A DNA stretch of 63,851 nucleotides, counting the filler, from Actinomycetota bacterium (GTDB lineage Bacteria; Actinomycetota; Actinomycetes; JAKEEW01), in assembly GCA_046725875.1 (NCBI GenBank). It is 4 parts of 4 records of this genome, joined end to end, with 100 filler letters (N's around TTAATTAATTAA, not from the genome) between each part and the next. Parts side by side here need not be neighbours in the genome. Positions count along the whole stretch, not along the records: positions 27,570 to 58,338 come from JBKOZJ010000134.1; 3 more parts are not named here. One strand, given 5' to 3'. Position numbers and translations under genes: made by a program. Under the pieces are notes generated by a model, which was not told the origin of the DNA, did not search any database, and worked only from the letters and a program-made list of their open reading frames with translations. Positions 28,660-40,017 of the stretch are shown one piece after another (position 1 is the first letter of the stretch; the number at the start of each line of letters is the position of its first letter).

Positions 28660-29436
28660 ATGACCGATCCCGCCTTTGACGAACCCGCCGAGCCGACCGT
28701 GGCACGGGGCGCCGAGGCCGCGGGCCCGGCCGAGTTCGCCCCGGACGTCGCCGGGCCCGGCCTGGTGCAGCGTGGCTCGGCCGAGGCGCTCGGAACCTTC
28801 GTCCTTCTGCTGGCGATCGTCGGGTCGTCGGTGGCGATCGGGGAGATCGCCTTGGATCCTGGCTTCCAAGGCCTCGCGGTCGGTCTGAGTGCGGCGCTCA
28901 CGCTCGGCCTGATGGTTCACCTCACCGCGCCCATCTCGGGCGGCCACATCAACCCGGCCGTGTCGGTCGCGAGTTGGTGGCTTCGCGCTCGCGGCGAGGA
29001 CGGCCTGGACAACAAGGAGTTCGGGGTTTACGTCGGCGCTCAGATCGTCGGCGCAATCCTCGGTGTGGTCGTCGCGAACGCCCTGTTCGACATATCGGCT
29101 TTCGCCACCAGCGACATCGACCGGGATGGCGGCCGGCTCTTCTTCTCGGAGGTGGTGGCAACCTTCGGGCTGGTCCTGGTCGTCTTCTCGCTGCTCAAAA
29201 CGGGCCGAGCCGCGTCGATCCCGATCGGGCTTTTCGCGTGGCTGTTTGCCGCCGGTTCGTTCACCCCGTCGGGAGCTTTTGCGAACCCAGCCGTCACCAT
29301 TGGCCGCATTTTCACCGACGCCCCGACCGGCATCGATGCCGCGTCCGTGCCGAGCTTCGTTCTAGCACAGCTCGTGGGCACCGGCCTGGCACTGATCGCG
29401 CTCTACCTGCTCTTCTGGGTACGCCGGGTGCGCTGA
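28660..29436 (+). CDS. MIP/aquaporin family channel (AqpS-like, NPAV in loop E)
   Basis: SGGHINPAVS and SGAFANPAVTIGR boxes, six TM segments. Confidence 0.9.
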   Translation: MTDPAFDEPAEPTVARGAEAAGPAEFAPDVAGPGLVQRGSAEALGTFVLLLAIVGSSVAIGEIALDPGFQGLAVGLSAALTLGLMVHLTAPISGGHINPAVSVASWWLRARGEDGLDNKEFGVYVGAQIVGAILGVVVANALFDISAFATSDIDRDGGRLFFSEVVATFGLVLVVFSLLKTGRAASIPIGLFAWLFAAGSFTPSGAFANPAVTIGRIFTDAPTGIDAASVPSFVLAQLVGTGLALIALYLLFWVRRVR

Positions 29437-29439
29437 GGG

Positions 29440-30135
29440 TCAACGGATCTTCGGACCACGGAGGTTCCGGGGGAGCCTGATGTTCTTGGGGACCGGTCCT
29501 TTCGGCATCATCTTCTGCTGCGTGTCGCCGAGGGCGCGCAGCCGGTTGTTTACCTCGGCGACTTGGTCTTTGCGCAGGTTTCTCGGCAGCTTCGTCATGG
29601 TCGCCTGAAGGCGCCGCAGCGGCACCTGGCCCGGTCCATCGCCGACCACGAAGTCGTAGACGGGCACGTCACCCAGCAAGCGGCCGAGCCGGCGCTTTTC
29701 CCCCATGACCAGCTGGGCGACCCGATTCGGGTTTCCCTCGGCGACCAGCACGACACCTGGCCGGCCGACGGCCCGGTGCACGACGTCTTGGGTGCGCGGC
29801 GCGGCCGCCACGACCGGCGTCACCGTCCACCCTCGGCGCAATGCGTTGAGTACGGCCATCCCAGCGCCGGGCTGCCCCTCGACTTGGGCGAATGCAGCGC
29901 GCTCGGCGCGCCGGCCGAAGACGATCGTGGCCAGCAGGAAACCGAGCAGGAAGCCGGTGATGCCGAGCAAGATCGGATGGCCGAAGACGAACCCGATAAC
30001 CAGGAAAAGCGCGAACACCGCGAGGAACACCGCGAAGACGATGAGCCCGATCCTGGGGTCGGTCTGCTTCGCCATCCGGTACACGGACCGGATTTGCGCG
30101 ATTCGTCCGGAGCGCTGGGAGTCGTCGTTGGCCAT
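29440..30135 (-). CDS. DUF4191 family membrane protein
   Basis: Two TMs, GQPGA, VVHRAVGRPGVVLVAEG, MPKGP; downstream of lipA. Confidence 0.88.
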   Translation of the reverse strand: MANDDSQRSGRIAQIRSVYRMAKQTDPRIGLIVFAVFLAVFALFLVIGFVFGHPILLGITGFLLGFLLATIVFGRRAERAAFAQVEGQPGAGMAVLNALRRGWTVTPVVAAAPRTQDVVHRAVGRPGVVLVAEGNPNRVAQLVMGEKRRLGRLLGDVPVYDFVVGDGPGQVPLRRLQATMTKLPRNLRKDQVAEVNNRLRALGDTQQKMMPKGPVPKNIRLPRNLRGPKIR

Positions 30136-30466
30136 GCCGGGCAGGATACGGCGAAGCAGCCTCGGTCTGGAAAGCGAGGCCTGAGGTGGAGCGGCGGCGG
30201 CATCGTGTGCCTAGCGTCACCGAATACCGCACTCGGGCTGGACATCGGCGCCGCTGGCAGCTGCAATGCAACAGCAAGACAAACAGGATCGTCACTAGGA
30301 CGAGGGAGCCGAGCCTCCTCCCACTCGGGGAAGAGAGAGCGCCCGCCCGCATCGGCAGCCACAGGTCGGGCGCTCTTCTCATGCCCGTCCAGGCGCCCAG
30401 TGGGTCGGACGACGGGCTCCGTCGGCCGCCGCCGGCTCTCGTGAAGCAAAGCCGGGCGGCCCCGCG

Positions 30467-31399
30467 TCAAGCGGCAGCGCGACGCTCGATCGCCTGCTGG
30501 TAAAGGCGACCGGCGCGGTAGGACGACCGGACCAGCGGCCCGGACATGACCCCGGCGAAACCGATCTTCTCGGCGTCCTGGCGCAGCTCGACGAATTCCT
30601 CAGGCCTTACCCAGCGGACTACCGGATGGTGACGGATGCTGGGCCGCAAATACTGCGTGATGGTCAGTAGCTCGCAGCCCGCACTGTACAAATCGTGCAT
30701 TACGGCGCTGATCTCGGCACGCTCCTCACCGAGACCCAGGATCAGGTTGGACTTCGTCACCAGGCCCGCGGCGCCGGCCTGCCGGATCACGTCGAGCGAG
30801 CGGTCGTACCGGAACGCCGGCCGGATCTGTTTGAAGATCCGCGGCACGGTTTCGATGTTGTGCGCGAGTACCTCGGGCCGCGCGTCGAAGACCTCGGCGA
30901 GCAGCTCCGGCTTGGCGTTGAAGTCGGGGATCAGGAGCTCCACGCCGCAGTCGGGGATGGCGGCGTGGATCTGCCTGACCGTCTCGGCATAGAGCCAAGC
31001 GCCGCCGTCTGGCAGGTCGTCCCTGGCGACGCCGGTCACGGTGGCGTAGCGCAGGCCCATTGCGACTACTGACTCGGCCACTCGACGCGGCTCGTCGCGG
31101 TCGAGGGCGGCCGGCTTCCCGGTGTCGATCTGGCAGAAGTCGCAGCGCCTAGTGCATTGGTCGCCGCCGATGAGGAAGGTCGCCTCGCGATCTTCCCAGC
31201 ACTCGTAGATGTTCGGGCAGCCGGCTTCCTCGCAGACGGTATGGAGGCCCTCCCGGCGAACTAGCGACCTCAGCTCGGAGAACTCCGGGCCCATGCGGGC
31301 CCGGGTCTTGATCCATGGCGGCTTCTTCTCGATCGGTGTCTGGCTGTTGCGCACCTCGAGCCGCAACATCCGCCGACCTTCGGGGAGGACCGTCGTCAT
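30467..31399 (-). CDS. lipA: lipoyl synthase
   Basis: [20 protein letters not shown] radical-SAM motif, VRSSY. Confidence 0.97.
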   Translation of the reverse strand: MTTVLPEGRRMLRLEVRNSQTPIEKKPPWIKTRARMGPEFSELRSLVRREGLHTVCEEAGCPNIYECWEDREATFLIGGDQCTRRCDFCQIDTGKPAALDRDEPRRVAESVVAMGLRYATVTGVARDDLPDGGAWLYAETVRQIHAAIPDCGVELLIPDFNAKPELLAEVFDARPEVLAHNIETVPRIFKQIRPAFRYDRSLDVIRQAGAAGLVTKSNLILGLGEERAEISAVMHDLYSAGCELLTITQYLRPSIRHHPVVRWVRPEEFVELRQDAEKIGFAGVMSGPLVRSSYRAGRLYQQAIERRAAA

Positions 31400-31531
31400 G
31401 GACTCTCCTGAACCAGCCTGCGCCTTGGACAGGCCGGGCAATCTTGCTCGGTAGGCAACACGACCAGCCTACGTCGACCCACCGATCAAGCGGGAGCGGT
31501 CTGCCCGAGCACCACGCATACGGCCCGCGCC

Positions 31532-32191
31532 TCAGACGTGCGCCACGTTGCCCGACCAGATCTCCACGAAGTGCTTTTCGACGTACGGGATGGCATCCGC
31601 GATCGTCACGTGGCGACCAAGCTCGGCGGTAAGCGAGCTGACGCTTGCGTCGCTTATTCCACAGGGGACGATCCGGTCGAACCACGAGACGTCCGCATCG
31701 CAATTCAGGGCGAAACCGTGCATTGTGACGCCGGATGCAACCCGGATGCCGATCGCGGCGACCTTCCGATCGACGTGACTGGCGCGGTCGTCCGGATCGG
31801 CCGGAACCCAGACGCCGCTGCGCCCCGCAATGCGCGTCGTCGGCAACCCGAGGTCTCGGCAGGAGCGAACCAGAACTTCTTCGACCCGGCGCACATAGTC
31901 GACGACCAAAACGGACTCAGGCAGCTTCACGATCGGGTAGCCGACCAGCTGACCGGGCCCATGCCAGGTGATCTTTCCGCCACGATCCACATCGATCACC
32001 GGGGTGCCGTCGATTGGACGCTCCCACGGCTCCGTGCGCTTGCCTGCCGTGTAGACGGGTGGATGTTCCAGCAGCAGGACGGTGTCGGAGATCTCGTCGG
32101 CAACCCGCGCCGCATGTCGCCGCCGCTGAAGCTCCCACGCCTCGTCGTACGGGATGATCCCGAGGTGCTCGAAGACCACGCTCACGTCCAT
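31532..32191 (-). CDS. lipB: lipoyl(octanoyl) transferase
   Basis: [40 protein letters not shown]. Confidence 0.97.
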   Translation of the reverse strand: MDVSVVFEHLGIIPYDEAWELQRRRHAARVADEISDTVLLLEHPPVYTAGKRTEPWERPIDGTPVIDVDRGGKITWHGPGQLVGYPIVKLPESVLVVDYVRRVEEVLVRSCRDLGLPTTRIAGRSGVWVPADPDDRASHVDRKVAAIGIRVASGVTMHGFALNCDADVSWFDRIVPCGISDASVSSLTAELGRHVTIADAIPYVEKHFVEIWSGNVAHV

Positions 32192-32320
32192 CGAGCCTAG
32201 CCCGGCTCTCGCTGGCCGCGGCGTCCGTGTCTAAGCGAATGGTCGGGCGGACCTGATCACCGCTAGGGACGGTTGTCCACAGGGACCGCACGAGGGCACG
32301 GAATGCGGTGTGCTTGTCCC

Positions 32321-33133
32321 ATGCCGACGAGCAGGCACTCCCAAGATGGTCCGACTGAGTGGCTGCAAGAACTGCGGTCAACGGGAATGCCTCGGGCTGG
32401 TCCCGACGCGGGCGGGAGCATCGACAAGTTGCGAGCCCTCCGGGAGCGGGCGGTCGCGCAGTCTGGATCGCAGCCAAAGGCGACTCCGGGTCGAGCGGCC
32501 CTCCTGCTGGTGGCGGGGCTAGGGGCGGCGATCGGGGCCGGCCTCGTATGGGCGACGCTGGGTAGCCCGGCCGGGCCGGCCGGACTCGACTCTCCCACCG
32601 GCGGCCCGGCGGCGCACACGGTCACCGCCCCGGGCGAGTCGACCGAAATGCCATCGGCTGAGGTAGGCGGCAACTCTGCAGCCGACGCTCGGACCGCGCG
32701 TGCCAGCCGATCCACCGAGTCGGCAGTATCCCTGACCGACGCAGATTGGCCCCCCATAATTGAGGGCCTCGATGACCGCCGATCGCGGGCCTTCGCGACG
32801 GGTGAGGCCAAACTGCTGACACAGGTCTACGCACTCGATAGCCCCGCGCTGGTAGTTGACCGGCGGCGCTTGGCCGACCTGCGCGGGCGTCGGGTGACGG
32901 CGACCGGCCTGCGGCTGGTGGTGCGAGGTGTACGGGTGGCCAGCGCGGCGCCTGACATCGTCGTCCTTCAGGTACGTGACGAGATACCCGCCTACGACCT
33001 GGTCGACGAGCACGGCGCGGTGGTTGAGCACCGCCCGGGTCGGGGCTCGCGAAGCTGGAGGATCACCCTCCAGCCGGCGCATGCCGCCCTCGGCGAATGG
33101 CGGATCAGCAAGATCGAGCCGGTCACCGACTGA
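32321..33133 (+). CDS. hypothetical single-TM protein with extracytoplasmic domain
   Basis: TM ALLLVAGLGAAIGAGLVW, P/S/T-rich linker, C-terminal LDDRRSRAF...WRISKI; start uncertain. Confidence 0.6.
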   Translation: MPTSRHSQDGPTEWLQELRSTGMPRAGPDAGGSIDKLRALRERAVAQSGSQPKATPGRAALLLVAGLGAAIGAGLVWATLGSPAGPAGLDSPTGGPAAHTVTAPGESTEMPSAEVGGNSAADARTARASRSTESAVSLTDADWPPIIEGLDDRRSRAFATGEAKLLTQVYALDSPALVVDRRRLADLRGRRVTATGLRLVVRGVRVASAAPDIVVLQVRDEIPAYDLVDEHGAVVEHRPGRGSRSWRITLQPAHAALGEWRISKIEPVTD

Positions 33134-33165
33134 CCGGTCTGACCCGAAGACCCTGGGGATGGCCG

Positions 33166-34056
33166 TCAGTGCTTCGCGAGCGCTGCCTGCAGAGCCTGGT
33201 CGATCGTTGGATGGCGGAACTCGAACCCGGCCTTGGTCAGCTTCCCCGGCATGACCCGATGATTGCCGAGGACCATCGCCGACAGGCCGCCGAGGGCCGT
33301 CTTCAGGAGCGGCGACGGCACGAACAGGAGCGCCGGCCGGTGCATGGCCCTCGCGATCGCGCTGGTCAGCGCCGCATTGGTCACTGGGTTCGGCGCGGTC
33401 ACGTTGACCGGTCCGGAGAGATCGTCGCGCTCCAGGAGAAAGAGCTGCGCCCGAACCTGATCATCGAGCGAGACGAAACTCCAATGCTGCCGGCCGGTGC
33501 CGAGCCTCGCGCCGAGCCCAAGCCTGAAAATGCGCAGCAACGGGCCGAATGCGCCACCCGTGCCGGCAACGACGAGTCCGTTGCGGGTGTGGACCACCCG
33601 GATGCCGGCGTCCCGGGCGGCTTTGGTCGCGCCCTCCCATGCGGTGACAAGGTCGGGAAAGAACCCTCTTCCGGGGGGCGCCGACTCGTCTGCGGGGAGG
33701 TCGCTGTTCTGGTAATAGTCGATGCCGGAGGCCGTGATCAGGAGCCGAGGACGCGGATCGAGCGTCGCGAGGGCATTGCTCAAGGTCCGGGTGCTCAGGA
33801 CTCGGCTGTCCCAGATTTTGCGGGTGTACGACCTTGTCCAAGGGCGGCCGACGTTCGCACCGGACAGGTGAATGGCCGCATCGATGCCCTGCAGCAGCTG
33901 GGTGTCAACCGCGCCGCCGGCGGGATCCCAGCTCACCTCGTCGGGAGTGCGAGCGGCCCGACGGACCAGCCGCACGACATCGTGGCCTGCATCGCTCAAC
34001 GCAGGAAGAAGTGCTGATCCGATCAGCCCCGACGCCCCACTGACGACGACCTTCAT
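33166..34056 (-). CDS. TIGR01777-family NAD-dependent epimerase/oxidoreductase
   Basis: SGASGLIGSAL, SRV.ST, GLG..LG.GRQ.WS, GPVN.TAP. Confidence 0.92.
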   Translation of the reverse strand: MKVVVSGASGLIGSALLPALSDAGHDVVRLVRRAARTPDEVSWDPAGGAVDTQLLQGIDAAIHLSGANVGRPWTRSYTRKIWDSRVLSTRTLSNALATLDPRPRLLITASGIDYYQNSDLPADESAPPGRGFFPDLVTAWEGATKAARDAGIRVVHTRNGLVVAGTGGAFGPLLRIFRLGLGARLGTGRQHWSFVSLDDQVRAQLFLLERDDLSGPVNVTAPNPVTNAALTSAIARAMHRPALLFVPSPLLKTALGGLSAMVLGNHRVMPGKLTKAGFEFRHPTIDQALQAALAKH

Positions 34057-34162
34057 CGGCTGCTCGCTTCCCGGCCGGCCGCTCGCTCGCCGCCGGGGCG
34101 CGGCAAGCGGACGCGAACAGGTTCGGCGCTAACGACCATAGCTTGGTCGGCCTCGGGCAGCG

Positions 34163-36280
34163 TCACAGACCGAGATCGGTTTCGAATGCGCCCTCCTCCA
34201 GACGCTGCCGCAGGGTGGTCAGGAAGCGCGTGGCGTCAGCACCGTCGACGAGCCGGTGGTCGTAGGTCAGCGCGAGGTAGACCATTGAGCGAACGGCGAT
34301 CGTCTCGCCGAGTTCGGGATCGTCGACGACCACCGGACGCTTCACGACCGAGCCCGTGCCCAGAATGCCGACCTGCGGCTGGTTGATGATCGGCGTGTCG
34401 AACAGGGCGCCGCGGCTACCGGTGTTGGTCAGCGTGAATGTGCCGCCGCCCAGTTCGTCTGGCGTGATCTTGTTGTTCCGAGTCCGCTCAGCCAGGTCGG
34501 CGATCTTTCTGGCGATGCCGCCGAGGTTCAGGTCGCCGGCGTTCTTGATCACCGGGACCATCAGGCCGCGTTCCGTATCGACCGCGATGCCGAGGTGCTC
34601 GGCATCGTGGTAGGTGACCTCGGCCTGCTCGGTGTCGATGACCGCATTCAGCTTCGGATGCTGCTTGAGCCCCTCGACCGTCGCGACCGCGAAGAACGGC
34701 AGGAACGAGAGCTTGACGCCCTCGCGGGCCTCGAAGTCGCGCTTGGCCCGCTCCCGCAGCCGCGCGATGCGGGTGACGTCGGCCTCCACAACCGTCGTGA
34801 GCTGCGCTGAAATGTGCAGCGACTCCACCATCCGCTTGGCGATGAGCTGGCGGGCCCGGGATAGCTTTTCGGAGCGGCCACGCAGCGGCGACGGTGCGAC
34901 TGGCCGCGGTGCGGTCGGCTGAACCCGCGGCGCGGCTTCCGGAACGGGAGGGGCCGCGACTGCCTGCGCTTGTGCCTGTCGTGCCTCCTCCGCCGCCCGG
35001 GCGGCATCGAGCACGTCTTGCTTACGGATACGTCCACCGACGCCGGTGCCCTTCAGCGTGGTCAGATCGACGCCGTGCTCGGTCGCGAGCTTCCGTACCA
35101 GCGGCGTCACATACGCGGCTGCCGCCCCGTCGACGGCGGGTTCGGCCTGCGCAGGCGGGGCTTGCGCGGGAACGGACGGGCGACCGGCCGGCGCAGGGGG
35201 TGGCACGTCCGGGCCGGCCGGCGGTGGCGCCGCCGGCTGCCCAGGAGATGGTGGGGAAGGCGCCGGTTCGCTAGCCCCTGCCGCAGCTTCCGCTGATGGC
35301 GAAGGAGTCTCTGCGGGCGCGGCCGGTGGCTCGGGCGGTGGTGGGGCTGCGGCCGCCGCCGGTGCCGCCGCGGGTTCGCTGGGCGCGTTGGGTGCCTCCT
35401 CGGCCGTGCCGGGCTCGCCGATGACGGCAAGCTCCGCGCCGACATCAACAGTCTCGTCTTCTCGCACCTTGATGTGCAGGAGCACTCCGGAGGCGGGTGC
35501 CGGGATCTCCGTGTCCACCTTGTCGGTGGAGATTTCCAGCAGCGGCTCGTCCGCCTGGACCGTGTCGCCCTCCTGCTTCAGCCAGCGGGTCACGGTGCCC
35601 TCGGCCACGCTCTCGCCGAGTGCCGGCAGCCGGACGGATATGGAGCGCCCGCCATTGGGGCTGGATGCACCGCTCGATGCTGGTGGTGGAGCCGGTGCTT
35701 CGGACGATGCGGGTGCCTGGGCTGGAGCCGGTTCTTGGGGCGGCGCCGGTGCCGCAGCCGAGGGGCCGGCGCCGGGCGTCGTGGCGGGTGCTTCGGCCGC
35801 CCGGCCGGCCGGGGCGGAGGTGGGTGCAGCCGCATCCCAGTTTCCGTAACCAGGCGCCGCCTCCGTTCCCTGTGGTGAGGGTGCCGGTGCCGCTGCTGCT
35901 GTGCTCTGCGCCGTGTCGACGGTTGCAGGCTGCTCGGCTGCTGCCGGTGGCTGCCCGTCCGCGGCTGTCCCCTCGGCCACCGCGGATGCCGGCGCCGACT
36001 CGCCTGCCTCCGGGGCGGCAGTCGCCGGCGAACCCGCCTCGGCCGAGTCGCCGATCACGGCGAGCTCGGCGCCCACATTGACGGTCTCGTCCTCCCGGAC
36101 CTTGATCTGGAGCAGGACGCCCGAGGCTGGTGCCGGGATCTCCGTGTCCACCTTGTCGGTGGAAATCTCGAGCAGCGGCTCGTCAGCCTGGACGGTGTCG
36201 CCCTCTTGTTTGAGCCAGCGGGTAACGGTGCCCTCGGTCACGCTCTCGCCGAGCGCCGGGAGGGTGACGGATACCGGCAT
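34163..36280 (-). CDS. sucB: 2-oxo acid dehydrogenase E2 dihydrolipoamide acyltransferase with two lipoyl domains
   Basis: Two STDKVDTE lipoyl domains, [11 protein letters not shown]3-binding domain, YDHRLVDG catalytic motif. Confidence 0.93.
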   Translation of the reverse strand: MPVSVTLPALGESVTEGTVTRWLKQEGDTVQADEPLLEISTDKVDTEIPAPASGVLLQIKVREDETVNVGAELAVIGDSAEAGSPATAAPEAGESAPASAVAEGTAADGQPPAAAEQPATVDTAQSTAAAAPAPSPQGTEAAPGYGNWDAAAPTSAPAGRAAEAPATTPGAGPSAAAPAPPQEPAPAQAPASSEAPAPPPASSGASSPNGGRSISVRLPALGESVAEGTVTRWLKQEGDTVQADEPLLEISTDKVDTEIPAPASGVLLHIKVREDETVDVGAELAVIGEPGTAEEAPNAPSEPAAAPAAAAAPPPPEPPAAPAETPSPSAEAAAGASEPAPSPPSPGQPAAPPPAGPDVPPPAPAGRPSVPAQAPPAQAEPAVDGAAAAYVTPLVRKLATEHGVDLTTLKGTGVGGRIRKQDVLDAARAAEEARQAQAQAVAAPPVPEAAPRVQPTAPRPVAPSPLRGRSEKLSRARQLIAKRMVESLHISAQLTTVVEADVTRIARLRERAKRDFEAREGVKLSFLPFFAVATVEGLKQHPKLNAVIDTEQAEVTYHDAEHLGIAVDTERGLMVPVIKNAGDLNLGGIARKIADLAERTRNNKITPDELGGGTFTLTNTGSRGALFDTPIINQPQVGILGTGSVVKRPVVVDDPELGETIAVRSMVYLALTYDHRLVDGADATRFLTTLRQRLEEGAFETDLGL

Positions 36281-36364
36281 TGCCTCGTGACTCCTTAAGT
36301 CGTCGTGCAGTCCGCGCGGGAGACCGTGGTGGACGGTGCGGCGCTCCCGGTGATACCCCCGAAC

Positions 36365-37765
36365 TCAGGTGTGGACGTGGAGCGGCTTGCCCGCGAGCGC
36401 CATGTGCGCCTCGCCGATCGCCTCCGACTGGGTCGGGTGCATATGGATGAGCTGGGCCACGTCGCTCGGGAACGCCTCCCAGTTGTAGATCAGTTGCGTC
36501 TCGGACACTAGCTCGCCCATTCGGCTTCCGACCATGTGGACGCCGACGACCGGACCGTCCTTCTGACGTACGAGCTTGACGGCACCCGAGGTCTTGAGGA
36601 TCTGGCTTCGCCCGTTGCCGGCGAGGTCGTAGACGAAAGTCTCGATGTTGTCGCTGCCATGACGTTCCCGGGCGGCTGCCTCGGTCAGGCCCATCGACGC
36701 CACCTCAGGCTCGCTGTAGGTGACCCGGGGCACCCCGTCGTAGTCGATCGGAACCGGGTTGAGCCCGGCGATCCGCTCGGCCACCAAAAAGCCCTCGCCG
36801 AATCCAACGTGCGCAAGTTGCGGCGTCGGGATGAGGTCGCCGACCGCCGAGATGGTCGGAATGTTGGTTTGGCACAGTGCGTCCACTTTGACGAAGCCGC
36901 GCTCGAGTTCTACGCCGATCTCGTCGTATCCCAGCCCGTCTGATACGGGACCGCGGCCCACCGCCACGAGCAGCAGCTCCGCATCGAAAGTCTTGCCGTC
37001 CTCCAAAGAGACCCGTACGCCGGCATCGGTCCGGTCCACGCCCGAGAAGCGGGCGCCGACCTCAAAGGCGATGCCACGGCGGCGGAAGGCGCGCTCCACG
37101 CGCCGACAGTTGTCCTCGTCCTCGGTCGGCAGAAGGTGCGGCAATGCCTCGATGATCGTGACCTCGGTGCCGAACGACCGCCAGACGGAGGCGAACTCCG
37201 CCCCGATGACGCCACCGCCGAGGACCACGGCGGAAGCGGGAACGCGGTCAAGTGTCAGCGCATGGTCGCTGGTGATGATCCGTTCGCCGTCGATCTCCAG
37301 GCCGGGCAGCGACTTAGCTGTCGAGCCCGTCGCAAGCACGACATGGCGGGCTTCCAGACGTTGGCTGCCTCCCGCGGTCTCGACCTGGACCGCGGTTGGC
37401 GAGACCAGCCGGCCGGTGCCCTCAACATGGTTGATCTTGGCCGCCTTGATCAGGCCCTGCAGTCCCTTGTACATCTTCGTCACGACGCCGTCCTTGTAGG
37501 CGCCGACACCCGCCATGTCGATGCCGTCCAGGCTGGCCTTGATCCCGAACTGCTCGCTCTCTCGAGCCTGGTCGGCGATCTCCGCCGCGTGCAGCAGCGC
37601 CTTGGTCGGGATGCAGCCCCGGTGGAGGCAGGTTCCCCCGACCTTGTCCCGCTCGACCAGCGCCACGTTCATCCCGAGATGGGCAGCACGCAGGGCGCAG
37701 GCATAGCCACCACTGCCGCCGCCGAGGATCACTACATCAAACTCGCTACCGGTGGTCTCGACCAC
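36365..37765 (-). CDS. lpdA: dihydrolipoyl dehydrogenase
   Basis: GGGSGG, GGTCLHRGCIPTK, HPTQSE. Confidence 0.96.
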   Translation of the reverse strand: MVETTGSEFDVVILGGGSGGYACALRAAHLGMNVALVERDKVGGTCLHRGCIPTKALLHAAEIADQARESEQFGIKASLDGIDMAGVGAYKDGVVTKMYKGLQGLIKAAKINHVEGTGRLVSPTAVQVETAGGSQRLEARHVVLATGSTAKSLPGLEIDGERIITSDHALTLDRVPASAVVLGGGVIGAEFASVWRSFGTEVTIIEALPHLLPTEDEDNCRRVERAFRRRGIAFEVGARFSGVDRTDAGVRVSLEDGKTFDAELLLVAVGRGPVSDGLGYDEIGVELERGFVKVDALCQTNIPTISAVGDLIPTPQLAHVGFGEGFLVAERIAGLNPVPIDYDGVPRVTYSEPEVASMGLTEAAARERHGSDNIETFVYDLAGNGRSQILKTSGAVKLVRQKDGPVVGVHMVGSRMGELVSETQLIYNWEAFPSDVAQLIHMHPTQSEAIGEAHMALAGKPLHVHT

Positions 37766-38012
37766 GGCAAACGCTCCTCGTCGTTACTGTCCAGTTGCCG
37801 ACAGCCATCCTCCCACTCCGCGCTCATCAAGAGCTCGGAGGTCTGCAATGGAGTGCCCACTAGGCGTTATGGCATACCGTGTCCCACCAAGAGCGCCGAT
37901 CTGGCCCGGGCCGGGCATGCTAAGGGCGTCAGCCAAGGTCTAGCCGCGTGCGGGAGTTCCCGCACGCGGCTATGGGGGCGCCGAGGGGGAGCGCGGAGTA
38001 CGAGGAGGCACG

Positions 38013-38339
38013 GTGGCGCTGTTCGGCAAACGACGGCCGGGACAGCTTCGCGCCGCAACATCGGAGGACGAGCGGCATCTGCGCGAGTTCGTCCGCACCC
38101 GGCGGGGTGTAGAGGCGTTCATAGAGCCGCGGACCGTCGTCACCGAGACGACGATGCTGCTGATCGCCGACACCGGGGAGTGGACCCGGCGCCGGGTCGC
38201 GAGCCGCGAGGCGGCCCAGGCCTTGGCCGGCAGGCTTGGCATCCCCGCTTACGACGCCGGGGTCGTCGGCTACCCGCAGCGGATGCGGGAGTGGAACCGC
38301 CAGCAAGTCGAGGCGCGTAAGCGCACCCAGGACGGTTAG
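38013..38339 (+). CDS. conserved actinobacterial hypothetical protein
   Basis: RRGVEAFIEPRT...GEWTRRR...GYPQRMR; AGGAGG SD. Confidence 0.8.
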   Translation: MALFGKRRPGQLRAATSEDERHLREFVRTRRGVEAFIEPRTVVTETTMLLIADTGEWTRRRVASREAAQALAGRLGIPAYDAGVVGYPQRMREWNRQQVEARKRTQDG

Positions 38340-38436
38340 TAAGGCGGTGCCGGGCGGATCACGAGAGGCGAGGGTGTGAAAGGTGGCGGGCGCGCAAGGC
38401 GAATGAGTCAGAAGCTTCCTAATGTGCCGGGGGACA

Positions 38437-39933
38437 CTAAGCGAGCCGGCCCGCGGAGATGTCCTCCGCCAGCGTCAGGAGAGTACGGATCGGTACGCCG
38501 GTGCCGCCCTTTGGCGTGTAGCCGTACGGATCGCCCTGGTTGAACGCCGGTCCCGCGACGTCCAGGTGCGCCCACCGCACGCCGTCCGGTACGAACTCGC
38601 GCAGGAACAATCCGGCGACCAGCATGCCGCCGTAGCGGTCGCCCATGTTGGCGATGTCCGCGATCTCCGAGTCGAGCGACTTGCGCAGCTCGTCCGGGAG
38701 CGGCATGGGCCAGAGTTGCTCGCCGGCGCGGTTGGCGGCGTCGTGGATCTGTGAGCGAAGCACTTCGTCATTGGACATGATCGCGCCGACCCGGGCGCCG
38801 AGGGCGACCAACTGCGCGCCGGTGAGGGTGGCCACGTCGATCAAGAGATCCGGGCTGTCCTCCGCCGATCGCGCGATCGCATCGGCCATCACCAGCCGGC
38901 CTTCGGCGTCCGTGTTCAGCACCTCCACGGTCTTCCCGCCGTAGATGGTGAGCACGTCCGACGGGCGCTGCGCCGTGCCTGACGGCATGTTCTCGGCGAG
39001 GGCGGCATACGTGACCACATTGACCGGGACCTGCAGCCGCGCGATCGCGACGGTTGCGGCGACGACCGCCGCGGCGCCGCTCATGTCCGACTTCATCCAG
39101 TCCATGTTCTGCGCCGGCTTGATGGAGATGCCGCCGGAGTCGAAGGTGATGCCCTTGCCGACGAGGACCAGCGTGCTAGTAGCGGAGGCGTTTGTGTACG
39201 AGAGGCGCAGCAACCGCGGCGGGTTCGCCGAGCCCTGGCCGACGCCCAGAATGCCGCCGTAGCCGCCGTCCTTGAGCGCCGTCTCATCGAGCACCTCAAC
39301 CGCCAGCCCATTCTCGTGGGCCACGGCGGTGGCCAGTTCCGCAAAGGCGGCGGGGGACAGGTCGGAGGGCGGCGTGTTGATCAAGTCGCGGGCAAAGTGG
39401 GTAGCGGCCGCGAGCACGTCGGCTCGGTCGACGGTGGCGCGGGCCGCCTCGTCGTCGGCGAGCGCGGTGATCAAGACGACGGTCTCGACCGGCGGATGCT
39501 GCCCGTCCTCCCTGGTCCGGTACCGCGCGAACGCATAGGCGCCGAGGAGAGCGCCCTCGGCGAGCGCCGCGACCTCGGCGGCTGAGCCGGCCGGAAGCGC
39601 CAATGCGACGCGCTCCGACCCGGCGAGCGCACGTACGCCTGCTCCCGCCGCTCGGCGGAGCGTTTCCTGGTCGTACCCACCATCCACGGCGACCTCGCCA
39701 AGCCCGACCACGGCCGCGACCGGCGCCGGACCACCCGGCATCGGGATCTTCGTGACGTCGCCGGCCCGGCCCGTGACACCGAGCGCGGCCAACGCTCGGA
39801 CAAGCCCGTCGCTGAGCACGCCGGCCGCCTCCTCCGTCGGCACCGGACCGTCGGCGCCCTTAGCCACGCCGACCACGACGGCGCTAACGGACGTATCACC
39901 GACCGGCGGGCTGCTGAGTTCGATCGTCGCCAC
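38437..39933 (-). CDS. pepA: leucyl aminopeptidase (M17)
   Basis: GKGITFDSGG, MKSDMSG, NTDAEGRL, ATLTGA, AHLDVAG. Confidence 0.96.
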   Translation of the reverse strand: MATIELSSPPVGDTSVSAVVVGVAKGADGPVPTEEAAGVLSDGLVRALAALGVTGRAGDVTKIPMPGGPAPVAAVVGLGEVAVDGGYDQETLRRAAGAGVRALAGSERVALALPAGSAAEVAALAEGALLGAYAFARYRTREDGQHPPVETVVLITALADDEAARATVDRADVLAAATHFARDLINTPPSDLSPAAFAELATAVAHENGLAVEVLDETALKDGGYGGILGVGQGSANPPRLLRLSYTNASATSTLVLVGKGITFDSGGISIKPAQNMDWMKSDMSGAAAVVAATVAIARLQVPVNVVTYAALAENMPSGTAQRPSDVLTIYGGKTVEVLNTDAEGRLVMADAIARSAEDSPDLLIDVATLTGAQLVALGARVGAIMSNDEVLRSQIHDAANRAGEQLWPMPLPDELRKSLDSEIADIANMGDRYGGMLVAGLFLREFVPDGVRWAHLDVAGPAFNQGDPYGYTPKGGTGVPIRTLLTLAEDISAGRLA

Positions 39934-40017
39934 GGGCAAATCACTTCCTCGCTGACGGTTTCCGACTTACCCGGCACGCCGGGATAGCACAGTGACCGAA
40001 AGGGTAACCTCGCGGCC

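Noticed and set aside
30150..30460. Small membrane ORF and hairpin between lipA and DUF4191
   Set aside because: The hydrophobic stretch has no credible start or family motif; the 10-bp stem (30336-30376) is most simply a terminator-type hairpin.
35430..36280. Long direct repeat inside sucB
   Set aside because: Explained by two lipoyl domains, which is normal for this E2.
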